A stretch of 64,000 nucleotides of DNA from Octopus vulgaris (lineage: Eukaryota): assembly GCA_951406725.2 (NCBI GenBank), contig OX597825.1, forward strand, positions 41,850,001 through 41,914,000, given 5' to 3'. Positions 1-12,167 of this stretch are shown piece by piece (position 1 is the stretch's first letter; every line of letters starts with the position of its first letter). The notes under the pieces were generated by a model. The model had not been told where the DNA came from, made no database searches, and worked only from the letters and a program-made list of their open reading frames with translations. The position numbers and the translations under genes were made by a program.

Positions 1-224
1 GAAATTAAAATGCTATTTTAAAGTCAGATAAATGATGAGACATAGAGAGGAGATTTTTTTATGACAAGAGAAAGAAAGATTTGATATGAAGAAAGAGAGA
101 CAGGCAGACAGAGATGGAGAGAAAGAGGAAGAGAGAGATTCTGTTAAGGGGAAATTAAACTACAGACAGAGAAAAATACCATAAAATTGCATTCATTGCT
201 GAAGAAACACTTAAGAACCGATGA

Positions 225-520
225 AGTAGCAGTAAAGAAAACCAGCCTAATGGTAATAACTAGCATGATGGTGAACACAAATATTATGTTCATCATTATG
301 ATTGTCAGAACTACTATGATGGGGATGTCTAATATTAAGGTGACAATTACGATGATGGTGATAACTAGATGTTGATAACTATTATGATGGTGACAATATG
401 CATGGTGATCATAACCAGTAGTATGTTAGTTATTGGTGTGTTGACCACAAATAGTATAATGGTCATAACACGTATGTTTGTCATGTTTAGCATACATGAT
501 AGTGATAACAAGTATGATTA
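225..520. repeat. Degenerate ATG/GAT-rich minisatellite (about 18-21 nt units like ATGATGGTGATAACTAGT)
   Basis: Recurring gatggtga/taacta(g) words; explains the spurious Met/Ile/Thr-rich ORF 187-375. Confidence 0.55.
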
Positions 521-1149
521 AACATCTGTTGAGTTATTAACTCTGCATACAGAAGAAAGGCTATAAAATGAAGTTGTTTTTCTGTCTAGCCATTTATTCT
601 ATTATGGCTAAACTATAGATAAGATTTTATGGCTACACTAACAAATTGTATTATCTTTCCAAATGGAATCATTTTATGACTGGCTGCCTACTACAGCCTT
701 ATCATCTTTTGCCTTAGGCCACTCACAAATATCAATTTAATCACTTATCAATAAATTTTTCTCCATGTTTATTTACCGTTTTATCATTTCCATTCATTTT
801 CATTACTATGGATATTGCTACAACACTAACATCTTTTACTATCTTCTTTCCCTCTACTTGCTAACTCTTTCATCCACTAATATTTATCTTTATTCTCCTT
901 TATTTACAGTTACCCTTTTGTCTTCTGTTTTCACTCTCCTTCCCTTTCTCTTCAACTGTTGACTCTTCCATTTTCTCTCTCTTTGTCTTTTCTTTTATAT
1001 TCATCAATTTCTCTTATACATACTAACAAATGTGTGTATGAGTGCATATGTGTGTGTGTGTGTGCATTATATACATATAGTATTCCATCACTTCCACTTA
1101 CCTTTTCACAGATATTTCCCCCACACCGATATAAATGTAGGATAACTAT

Positions 1150-1545
1150 GTAAGAAAAGGTTTGGGGTAGGTGCATTATCCTGTGTAACCTGTTATAAAT
1201 GGAAATTGATTCTGACAGTAAGTCATTGAAGTTAAAATGAGCTTTCATGTCATTATGGAGAAGCTCAAACAAGTCAACAAATTGATTTGGGCTTCCAAGT
1301 TTACCAAGATTTGTCCAGAGAGCTCTCCTATTAACAGTATTGAAGGCATTTTTTAAATCAACAAAGAACTGGTAAAGAATAAGTAATGTTTGATACATTT
1401 CTCCTAGAGTTGGTGAGCAGAAAAAATTCATGTCCATTGTACCTGATCTAAAGCCACATTGATTCTCTGGAATGATAGAAGGGAATATCAACTTTGTTAC
1501 CTACTCAAGTAAAAGTTTTTCAAAAACCTTACCAACTTCAAGCAG
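1150..1545 (-). mobile_element. RTE-clade LINE reverse transcriptase fragment (decayed)
   Basis: IIPENQCGFRSG..FFVDLKNAFNTVNRRALW..LGKLGSP..FVDLFELLHNDM in ORF 952-1491 matches non-LTR RT motifs QxGFR and D-L-x-KAFDxV in RTE style. Confidence 0.85.
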
Positions 1546-1553
1546 GCTTATTC

Positions 1554-1556
<3 letters not shown>

Positions 1557-1611
<55 letters not shown>
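1557..1611. repeat. (TG)n microsatellite
   Basis: Perfect TG run. Confidence 0.98.
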
Positions 1612-1613
<2 letters not shown>

Positions 1614-2080
1614 CCCTTTCTTGACATCATGTGATCAGTGTAATTGAGCAACCTTGCTTTCTTCCAGTCTTGCATGCACCTGGCCATGGGAAAATATTAT
1701 TTTACATGAGAATAGGTAACTGTTGAGGACAAGAAGAGCATTCTGTTATGAAAAATCTACCTCGCTGAATTCCATCTGCCCCATGCAAGTAAGGAGAAAA
1801 GGAGGCTAAGTGATTAGGATGATAATAATTATAATATAATTTGTGTGTGTGTGTGCATGTGTGAATGCAGGCATTCGTGCATGCATGTCTGATGCAACAA
1901 TTGTAAACAAGGACAATCTTACACATAGTGCTGTTTGTTTCCAGTTTTTCAGGAAAGCATATCTGATGATGGGAAATTTCCCCTTGCTCAGGAGCAAGTA
2001 AGGATTGGCAACAGAGAGAGCCTCTGGCAGTAGAATGTCTGTATCAACAAATTTTAACTGACTTGTGTGGGTAATGTCAG
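1612..2080 (+). mobile_element. Two degenerate SINE-tail-like interspersed repeat fragments
   Basis: Reverse-complement similarity to the repeats at about 29540-29800, 37335-37560 and 44850-45060; first copy ends in a GAT/AAT-rich tail. Confidence 0.45.
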
Positions 2081-2289
2081 TGTGCATATATGACAAAGTA
2101 TATTTGTGAGAAAAACTGGGTATTCATAAGCATCAGTTATAGTGTGCAATAGAGAAGACTGCACTTGTTTGGCCATGTAATGTAGTCGTATCAAGAGGCA
2201 CTGATTTCTAAATTGTAGAGGAAACATGTGGAAGGGGTAGACCCAGGAAAACATGGGACAAAGTGGTGAGAAAGGATTTACAGATGGGA

Positions 2290-2630
2290 CTCACAGAGGG
2301 GGATAACAAAGGATTGAAACTCCTGGCAGTTTGCTGTGAAATCACACCAAGCTAAGTAAAAGCATGGTTGTCCTTATCTACAGGTTGTTCCCTGCATCTC
2401 TCTCCAGTTAAGCATTCATAACCTTGCAGGCTTGTGGGTGCTGGTGTCACATAAAAAGCACACATACTGGTGCTGTGTAAAAGCACCTAGTACACTCTGT
2501 AGAGTGGTTGGCATTAGGAAGAACATCCAGCTGTAGAAACCATCATACCAAAACAGACACAGAGCCTGGGCAACTCTTCAGCCGGCCAGCTCCAGTTAAA
2601 CAGACACTAAATGATGATGGTGATGACATC
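2290..2630 (+). mobile_element. RTE-LINE 3'-UTR-derived repeat
   Basis: gtggttggcattaggaagaacatccagctgtagaaac motif followed by (GAT)n tail; reverse complement of the motif at the 3' end of the RTE copy at 19400-20960. Confidence 0.65.
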
Positions 2631-2899
2631 AACGACAACATATGTATAAAACACATGACCCTGGTGCTTTGCAGTGAAACTGAACCAAAAACAAAATGGT
2701 AGCAAAAGCAAATGTCTTAACTGCACATTCATACCTGTGCAATATGTTACATAAATTTGATTGCTGTAATGAGTATAAAATTTAATAATTTATGCTCTTG
2801 CTCTCTCTTCAACCGAGTTTAGAAAATGAGGAATATTTGTGCCTGGACAACAATACTAGAAATGAATGGCAAATCAATTCCTCTACTGTTGCTTATGTA

Positions 2900-3045
2900 A
2901 CAAATCCATTTTCTGCTCTTTATTCAAAGACAAGAGCCTAAATTGTCTGACTTTCTTTACATTACTGTTACTGAGTACATTCAACATATCATAAACTCAT
3001 CTTTTGAAACAGGTGATGTCCCTAACTTGCAAATATTCAGATATT
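2900..3045 (+). mobile_element. CR1/L2-group LINE ORF2 fragment
   Basis: Translates ..TEYIQHIINSSFETGDVPNLQ, resembling the pre-RT motif L-x-HIIN-x-S-x-x-x-G-x-FP. Confidence 0.5.
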
Positions 3046-3596
3046 TGAATATAAAAAAGAAATATCCATTTCAACTTCATATCGCCAAACTATAGCTAAA
3101 CAAAATCATTAAATATAGTTTTATTATTTTATTATTCAGATATTATTATATTGAATCTACAAGTGCAAAAGAAAGAAATACTGACCAGCATCCATTGCTA
3201 CAACAATAAGGTCAAATTATACCAACTATATGGCTCAAATGAAAAACATGTTTCAGTTAACCAATCAGATCAAACAGCTTGGAATAAAGTCCCTTGCTGG
3301 TTCATTTGAAAACTAAGTTATTCATATTCTAAAAGGAGAATAATAGGGAGTTGTGAAGTTCATATTTTAACCATAATGATAAGTGATGCAAGGAGATTTC
3401 TTTTACAAATCAGAACAAAGTTCTAAAATCTCCAAAATATTACAATTCCTTCCCCTAAAATAAAAGTAAAAAACCTGCAATGAATAAGAACAAAGTCGTA
3501 CTAAGGAAAAAGAAAGAACATTGTATAATATAATTCTTTGTACAGCAAAGCTAAATAAAAGATGGAATAGCTTCTTTGGAATATGACTATATGTCT

Positions 3597-3802
3597 AAGA
3601 CAGTGAGCTATCAGAATTGCTAGCACACCAGGCAAAATTCTTAGCATCTATCTTTATGTTCTGAATTCAAATTCTACCAAGGTCACCTTTGTCTTTCATT
3701 CTTTCAGGGTCAATGAGATATGTACGAGTTGAGCACAGGGATCAATGTAATCAACTTATCCTCTACCCCCAAATTGTTGGTCTTGTGACAAAATTTGAAA
3801 TC
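3597..3802 (+). mobile_element. tRNA-derived SINE with Nin/Deu-like central core
   Basis: B-box-like gaattcaaattc, core ctttgtctttcattctttcagggtcaatgaga..agttgagcac, tail ttgtgacaaaatttgaaa shared with at least five other copies in the window. Confidence 0.8.
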
Positions 3803-4037
3803 TGTAAGACTCATTCAAGGTTCGTTTTAGGCTAAACAACAATAATGAAAATAAGGTTTTCTTCTGTATTCATGCAGGATATATTAAACAAAATTTTGTT
3901 CTTATTGAGTAGCTTTGGTTAATTATTAAGCAGACCTATGCAAACAAATTAAATTATGACCTAAAATTTAAAGCATAAAATATATGATCCCAATATTAAA
4001 AAAAAAATATATATATATATAAATATATATAAATTTT

Positions 4038-4252
4038 ATCTCTGTGATGCAGCACGGAATTTTGTCAGTGAACAGGTCACGGTCACAAAGCAATGAAAAT
4101 ATTTTGGCATATTAAATTTAAATGTTGAAGTGAATCTAATGGTTTTTGTGTGTTTTTAAATGGCTTATAAACACCTTCCATGCCGCAATTGTTTTCATTC
4201 CAACACAGGATCTCAGATCAGGCCCCTTGCTATGCAAGTACATCTCTGTAAT
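4038..4252 (+). mobile_element. Short non-coding element between (TA)n tracts with an 11-nt terminal direct repeat and a hammerhead-like motif (retrozyme or Penelope pLTR-like)
   Basis: atctctgtgat at 4038-4048 and atctctgtaat at 4242-4252; HHR-like scaffold at 4063-4109. Confidence 0.55.
4063..4109 (+). ncRNA. Candidate minimal type-I hammerhead ribozyme, G3-C8 swapped core
   Basis: Stem I tgtca/tggca; core GTGAACA (4068-4074); stem II gtcac/gcaat (perfect gtcgc/gcgac if CpG decay is reversed); GAAA 4095-4098; palindromic AATATT stem III; UU at 16.1/17. Confidence 0.5.
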
Positions 4253-4699
4253 ATATATTTTTCTTTTAAAAAATAATTTTAAGATGAGATTGAACATAAC
4301 AAGTATGATTACTGCTTGATGGATAATAAATATATGTTACTGGGGTTATGTACAGTTCTATACTGTATCACTTCCACACTTTGAACAATAAGATTATAGT
4401 GCTGGTGTTGTATACCACCTTTACATTCAGCAAGTTATTTGTGTTGTCTAGCACAAAGCTAACTCTGATTGAGTAGAATAAGATCAAAAGCATTGTCATC
4501 GTAACAATTCTGACATTTTAAAGGCATCTAAGACTACATTATCTAATGCCCTCTTTTCATTTTCAAGATGGTGGGACTATAATGTGAGGAGATTTGGGTG
4601 CTATTTATAACTGGATGACTGACTATGTAGAGGCTGGCTTTGTTAGGATGAATGATAATGCAACATTTCCATTGACATTTAAAACATAGAAAGGTTTAT

Positions 4700-4805
4700 A
4701 AATAAGTATGTTGACTTCCAACAAAGTTTGCTTCACATCCACATGGTTCCGGGTTCATTCTACTGCATAGCACCTTTGACAAGCATCTTCTACCATAGCC
4801 CCAGA
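4700..4805 (+). mobile_element. 5' part of tRNA-derived SINE with CORE-like segment
   Basis: ccacatggttccgggttca..gcacctttgacaagcatcttctaccatagcc matches the copy at 39200-39625. Confidence 0.65.
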
Positions 4806-4828
4806 TGTATATATAATATATATATATA

Positions 4829-5732
4829 TATCAAAGTATCATTAGAGACAGAAATCCCCATAAATTCATCAAATCATAATATAAATTCAACCATGTCATA
4901 GAATATTATATTTAATACTTACTATTCATGTTCAAAGTTGTCGACTACACGTGTTTCATGAGGTTGTATACTATGTTCTTGAGACACACAGTCTCTTACA
5001 GAACCTCCCCTTACATACAATCACAATCTTCAGGTCCACCTATCCCCTATTTATAATTTTATTTATCATTATATATTACAACTTAAAGGTATATCAAATT
5101 ATACAGATGTATAAATAAATTTCTAGTATGTCAAAACACAGATGTGTAAATAAATTCAGTGAACCCTGCAGTTTTAGCCATGATTAATTAAGAATTAAAT
5201 GTGAATTACGCCTAAAAAAATATATATAAATGAAAAATATATACGAATGAGAAAATGTATACAAATGTGGAAAAAAATATATACTAATGAGAAGAAAATA
5301 AAAAAATTATAAGAATAAGAATTAAAAAGATATATATATCCAAATGAAGGGGATGAATAAGAAACGAATGGAAACTAATACAAATGACAAAAATTCAGGT
5401 GAATGTTACGCGAAAAATACGAATGAAGATATGAAAAGATATGAAAAAATATATGGAAAAAAATATAAAGGGAAAAACATTTAAAAATGAAAAAAATATG
5501 TATGCAGGAATTAATTTATAAATTAATATAATTAGAATTAATATACTAAACTTAATTAGTAATTTCTAACTGTGTGTCTCAAGAACATAGTATACAACGT
5601 CATGAATCATGTGTAGTCAACAACTTTGAACATGAATAGTAAGTATTAAATATAATATTCTAAGATATCGTTGAATTTATATTCAGATTTGATGAATTTA
5701 TGGGGATTTCTGTTTCTAATGACACTTTGGTA
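4829..5732. mobile_element. Non-coding Penelope-like remnant with about 164-bp inverted arms, flanked by (TA)n
   Basis: 4829-4992 is the reverse complement of 5569-5732 with scattered mismatches; HHR overlaps the left arm. Confidence 0.75.
4940..5039 (-). ncRNA. Type-I hammerhead ribozyme motif with long stem II
   Basis: Minus strand: gtggac-CTGAAGA-(t)tgtgattgtat..atacaacctca(t)-GAAAC-acgt-GTA-gtcgac; stem I 5/6 pairs, palindromic ACACGTGT stem III, GUA triplet. Confidence 0.7.
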
Positions 5733-8124
5733 TATATGTATTTATTCACTGAGAATAAGTCAACTTAATATTCTTAAGTTGAATATATCATCCCTGTGAT
5801 GCTGGAATTGATATTCCCTTATTATTATAAAAATATATATATAACATATATATATAAAATTTTTGGTGTTGTATATAGTAGTGTGCTGTACCACTCTAAG
5901 GACAATGATTATAGAGTCCTGTGTAAACTGTGGTATGCTGTACAACTCTATGGTGATAAATGTACTGTGCTGATGTTGTATACAACACAATGCTGAAACA
6001 CTCTGCAGAATACATTTATAATGTAGGTCTTTTGAGCCTGTGAGAATTAAGTGTCATAGCTATATGCATAGCAATATTCTGATGGCGAAATATGAACAGT
6101 GAATTCTTTGTCTTAGAAGCAGATGCTATTTCAACGCAGTTTATTACAATTCTGTGTCTTGAAATTGTTTGGATTATGTAAACTAACAGTTTAAATGAGT
6201 AGATGCAGATATTTTGTCCTGGTCTCTTGGTTGAACGTAATATCTTCTTCATCCTATCAGTTACAGAGAGCATGGTAAAGAAGATGGTCACTGACTTGTT
6301 TCTTTTGATTAAACCATTAAAAAAGTAGAATTATATTTCACCAGATCAATGACAATATTGATATTGTTACATTAGGAAAAGAAATAGAGGAGTTAATATG
6401 ATAGAATGTGGTTGCATTTATCGTGTGTTTGTGTGTATGTGTATGAAAAGTGTGTATGTATGTGTGTGCATGTGTATGTGTGTGTATAAGAAGTGTGTGT
6501 GTTACAGGTGTATTTAATAAATAAATGGCTGTAAGTTAGTCATACAAATGTAACTCAGTAAACAATGTTCATAAACACAATATTTGTCATAAAATTCCAA
6601 GCTAGGTATCAAAAAGAAAGAAATACTTGAATGAAAGTGCAAAAAAAAAAGAAAAGAAGAATTAATTTAAATACATTTTTATTCAGAATTGACTTAAGGA
6701 ATGGTGAATACTGAATTGACTTTGAAATGCTAAAACACAGCACTACATCCCCACTCCCACCATAAGCATCCCAGAGCTTCTTTATATAAGTGGATGAAGT
6801 GACATAGAAGTAAAATATCTGGAAGTGACATGGTTAAAATGTCTTCAATTCATTGCCACATTATATCACAGTCAATGCCAGCTGCTTTTTGAATGGCGCC
6901 ACTTGATATGTTAAGTTGGTCCACCTTTGAACAAATAAATATTGACAGACATTCAATACAATATTTTATTAAGAATATGAAGTATGATAATAATGACACA
7001 CATGTTAACTATGGAGCCAAAACATTAACAGAATGGTCTCAAGATGAACAAATGTACATAACAATTAGGTGTCTTCTCTATTACAATCTACTTTAGAAGT
7101 ACAGGCTCCCTTACACAGTCAGTAAACTCACAATCATAACCTTCTACATAAACAACATGAATGTTTACTCAACTCATGCATTATCTATTTCATGCTATTG
7201 ACTTCCATCATCTTTTTTGGGGGCGGGGGGAATTTAAATGGTTGCAAAGAATATTATTGTTTTCTTCTTCTGGGAATCTGTGAAGTATATATAGAAAAAT
7301 TTGGTAGATTGTAGCTTCTTAGAAATTCTATTTTACTTTCTTTCTTTAGATTTGACTTTCTTGAAAACATGAGAAACAGTTTGGTTGAGTTTTCTATTCT
7401 TTTCTTTCAAATGCAAATAACTCTGAAGTTTAGTTCAGACAGTTACAACTTCTCATTCACAAAGGCCTTTAACTATATTTAAAGGCCAAACACCAGTATT
7501 CAGCAATGCTAACTAGTCATTTGTTTTGCTTTGCATGAATGTCAGCTTTTCATGAATTAATCATTATATTTTTAAAGCTCAACACTTATACCTCCTACAC
7601 ATATGCACTAATGTGTGTGTGTGTACATATATACATATATGGATATGCATTTATATACATGTTTATGTACACATGCACACACACACACACATAAATGTGT
7701 GTGCAGTTATATCTAACAAGTATGTGTTTACACAAACATGGAAAGGCCATCACTGCAGAAATTGTCTCTGGAAAGAAATTCTCCTGATGTACAATGTCGG
7801 TGTGAGCTATGAATAATGTCAACAGACCAGTGGACATTTGTTTTTGCATTTATTATGCTTCATCAGTTATAAACACCGAATCCATCATTCACAGCTCACT
7901 AAGGACTATCTTTCTTATATGATATTTTAACATTAGCTTGCACAAACCAGTTGTTAACTTTTGGCTTGTCACCAATTAGGGACCATTCTAGGCATTATTA
8001 TGTCAAACACACCACAGGATCAAATGATTCTGCTGGGGTATTTCAGTTGGTCGTTTATTGTTTTAGAGAGAAAGTTAATCGCTATATTTGCAACATCAAA
8101 TTTTCTATTTTAATGCTTAGTTGG

Positions 8125-8350
8125 AAAAAGGTGACAAGCTGTCAGAACTATTAGTATGCCAGACAAAATGCTTAGTGGCATTTCATCTGTCTTTATATTC
8201 TGAACTCAAATTCCACCATGATTGAGTTTGCCTTTCATTTTCTTGGTGTTGATAAAATAAATACTAATCAAGTACAGGGAGAATCAATGTAATCAATTTC
8301 TCCTTTTCTCTAAAAACTGGAGGCCCTGTGCCAAAATTTGAAACCAGTAT
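8125..8350 (+). mobile_element. tRNA-derived SINE, Nin/Deu-like core
   Basis: Same head, core (tttgcctttcattttcttggtgttgataaaataa) and tail (gtgccaaaatttgaaacc) as 3597-3802. Confidence 0.8.
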
Positions 8351-9349
8351 TAAGTCTAAAAGATTGTTTGCACTGAAGGCAAATAAGAAACTTACATGAG
8401 TGCTTATATTTCACTGTGTGATGATAATATGTATGTTTTTTTGTGTATACCAGCATGTAATATATATTCCTACCTCCACCTTTGGCCCTTGTACCATCAT
8501 TTCCATGCACATTCTCCACAATTTTTTAACCAGTCACTTCAACAATAACTCTATTTGTGTTTGTTTGATATATTCTACATATCAATCTGCTCCTTTCATT
8601 ACTTTAGCCATGTCATCTTCACTATTTTCTTTTGTGTGTGTGATATGTTTATTTACTTTTCTGTCTTCTTTCATTAACTTTTTTGGTTTCTCCTTACACA
8701 ACCCTCGTTTTGCAATCTTTTTTCTTTCCCACAAATCAACCTCTCAATTTCAGTTTTATCTGTAATTTTCTTCTCTTAAATAAGAGTCCAAAGAGATGAA
8801 ATATTATATTCTATATACTTTATGACATATAAATTTTCTTTGTCTTTCAAAATTTATACTGACTGATTTTTTTTTACCGTTGCAGATTATTATCTGTTTC
8901 ATAAAATCCTGGGTGTTTCTCTTTTCTTTTAACTATATATTACATAAACCATATTTTAATGAAGTAATATTTCATTGTTAAGCTGAAAAAAATATTTTAT
9001 ACAGAAATGTGATTTAAATTGTACTTGCTTAGTAAACCAGCTGTTAAAGCATGGGATGCTGAGCAAACCAGTTGGTTAGATATGGCAACTTATCCAGGTA
9101 CTATATAACCATAGTGAAAAATGCATTAAAAACCAGAAACCTAAATGACTGAAGGAAATAAATGAAACATAGAACTGCTAAGATTAAGGACAGTTATGTA
9201 TTTATAGTTAGTTGTTTTTATAGCCTTTGTTTTTTAACTTTGGCTATGCGGTTGTAATGTGCCTCAGTAGAAATATCTACTGGTGCACAGCCAGAGATGA
9301 CCCTGAGTACAACTATGATCATAAGATATTGTGTGAATATAATAAATAA

Positions 9350-12158
9350 CCTGTTACCTTATCGACACCTGAGTAGAGGTAATACGGTTTAATGTAATCA
9401 ATAAGTGATTAATAATAGAAGAATGTATGCTATTATTCTCAGTGTAAAGATGGTACATAGTCAAAGAAAACTATCAACGTCAAGGTAGGATCAACAGATC
9501 TTCACCTTACATGGCATTCTTGATCTCATTATCAATAAACTGTCCTAGTTTTCACATAAAAGTATTGATATTTTGTGTGGCTTTGATATCATCAGATAAA
9601 CCATTCTATGAAGAACATGCAGCAAAATCTAACATGTTTTCCAATCTATTTAGACTAATCCTGCCAATGAATATTTTGTTATGATTTCAATTTTCCCTAC
9701 CATTCACTTCGAAGTTGGTAATTTTCTTCACTAAGAAAAGCTTATACATATCAAGCTGATGCTTATGGGTGAATAATGATAGCTTTTTCATATTGATTTG
9801 GAAGCTATCTGCAATCTTTTATTTTTTAAAAAGAGGACCAATATGTGCTAAAGGAGGTGTTCCTTCCAATATTCTCAGGGATTTCTTTTAGATGAAGTAA
9901 AATTTTGTTTATTAAATAATTGTTCTTATTGCACAATACCACATTTGAATAAATCAATGTTGGATATATCATCGAACTATAGAGAGATAGTAATGCTATT
10001 ATTTACATAGGGTCTACTCTTGAAGGCAATAACCAAGAGCTGGGACAGTCTCATATTGATATCCTCTATATTATTTTTCCAGTTTGGATTTCGTTTATTG
10101 TTAAGCCCCAAAACTTAACACAATCTACCTTCTTAAGTTTAGAATTATTCTTCATCAATCCACTGACCATCTCTGGAACATTTTTAATGCAGATTTGAAT
10201 ATAATGTAATTAAAAGTCTATTTAAAATAAATCACTCTGTGATATTCATTTCATTATTCATAATTTTAGTGATTTCTTCTGAAGAGTTTTCCCCTGTATA
10301 AACACTGGTATCATCTGCAAACATATTTTACACTTTTCATTGACAATGACATTGGGCAAGTCCTTTACAGAGATATTACAAACAGTATTGGTCCAAGGAT
10401 TCATCCCTGTGATACCTCAATACCTATGTTCCCCAACTGATGACATTTCTTCCTTAAAAATGCACATTGCTTTTTATTTTGTAGGTAGCCTCTGAATAAA
10501 TCCAATTGCTTTCCTCTTATTCCAGTATAGTTTGATTTTTGTATCAAAATATTGCGACCAATTGTATCAAAAGCTTTACTCAGATCTATGAAGATGCTAA
10601 GGTTAAAGTCATTATTATCAGCAGATTTGTATAAATTGTTCATCAAACATCCTAATGCTAATTCAGTGCGAGTACCTTTCCTAAATCTAAATTGGTCTTC
10701 CAAGAAGATACTCTTTTTTTTTTTTGTTAATTTTGTATCAATTGTTAATGTCAAGATATTTTACAAGTCTTTTTTAAAATTATTCTCTCAAGAATTTTTA
10801 ACAAGTATGGTACAATTGAAATGGATCATAATTTGACATGAGATACTTTTCATTTTTTTTTAAACAGGTATTTATTCTTTGTTTATTTCATTTCTCAAGG
10901 AAATTTACCAATTTTGATACATTGATTAAAAATTTTATTTAATGGGTTGACAAGATATTTTCTAGAAATACTATCAATACTGTCAGATTCTTTTTTGTGT
11001 TCTTAATTAAAGATTTTACTTCAGCTTTATCATTCGGGGACATATACACTGAATTCACCACTCTTTGTTTCATGTAGCTCAAGTTCTGATTCCCTTGAAG
11101 AAAAGGAATTTATTTTTCTAATTTTTCTCCTACCTTTATAAAATAGTTACTGAATGCACTGGCTATTTCTTTGTTATCTTTAATTATATATATACCTTTT
11201 TTATATTTTCAAGGAAAAATTTACCAACTTCTTCCTTAGTTTATTTCTTATTATATTATTTAAGGTGTGCCAATGTTTCTAGAGTTTTTCTCTAATAAAT
11301 TTGCGTAGTGCTGTTTTTTAGCCGTTCTTAAGCATCTTCTGAGTATTTTATCATACCTCTTATAATAATCATGTTCTGCATGCTCAGATTTGTTCTTATA
11401 ACAGTTTCAGTAAAGATGATTTTTGTACTTTATTGATTGTAATAAGCTTTTTTATAGCCAGGGTAAGTGCACCTTTTATACTAAAAAGAGCTTCTTAGCT
11501 TGAAAACATGAATCACTCCAAGATTTTATTACTTTTATTCATTATAATTTACATCTGGATCAGAACAACTCTTAACAAAACCAAAGTTGTATTGTCTTGT
11601 GAATTCTCTGAACTCATTCTTGCTACTATTATCTGTTTGTTTGTATATAATATATTTCCTATTTGTACTTTTATCCTCTAGTCGTCCATTATTAGTTATT
11701 GAGAATATTGGAATGTGATAAGATGCTTCAAAAATAATTGTACCACCTGAAGGTTAAATAAATCATTGCTATTTGTGAAAATGTCATCTATTAACATGCT
11801 GCTATCCTTAGTTATTCTTGTTCCTAGATCACTACATATTTGAAGGAAGAATGCATTACTCTTCAACGCTTCCAAAAGCTGATATTTAACACTAATATTA
11901 TATTGTCATCTATTGAATTTGTTATAATCACCAGCAACAAAACAATACTTGCTTTTCATTGCTATTTTGTGCAAAATGGAATTGAATTTAATGAGAAAAT
12001 CATTTAAACTTTTGTTCAGGAGCATATAAATTGAAGACAATAAAAGTGTAAACATGTAAAACTAAGTGAAGAAAATAATATTGCAAAATCCTAGTTTCTT
12101 TTGGGTACTCCCTCGTATATCATTGTTCTTGCAAATAGATGAGTAATGAACAAATTGT
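9350..12158 (-). mobile_element. CR1/L2-group (Crack/Daphne-like) LINE ORF2, endonuclease plus RT, heavily frameshifted
   Basis: Minus strand: CFVAGDYN, TRITKDSSMLIDDIFTN (APE endonuclease); QFRFRKG.TELAL, IFIDLSKAFDTI, VSQG and MFADDT at about 10305-10325 (RT). Confidence 0.88.
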
Positions 12159-12167
12159 GGCATGTAT

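Noticed and set aside
190-240. CTGAAGA..GAAGTAGCAGT as a hammerhead
   Set aside because: No stem II pairing and no GAAA.
6016-6291. 91-aa minus-strand ORF, faintly like a Penelope linker
   Set aside because: No diagnostic motif recognisable by eye.
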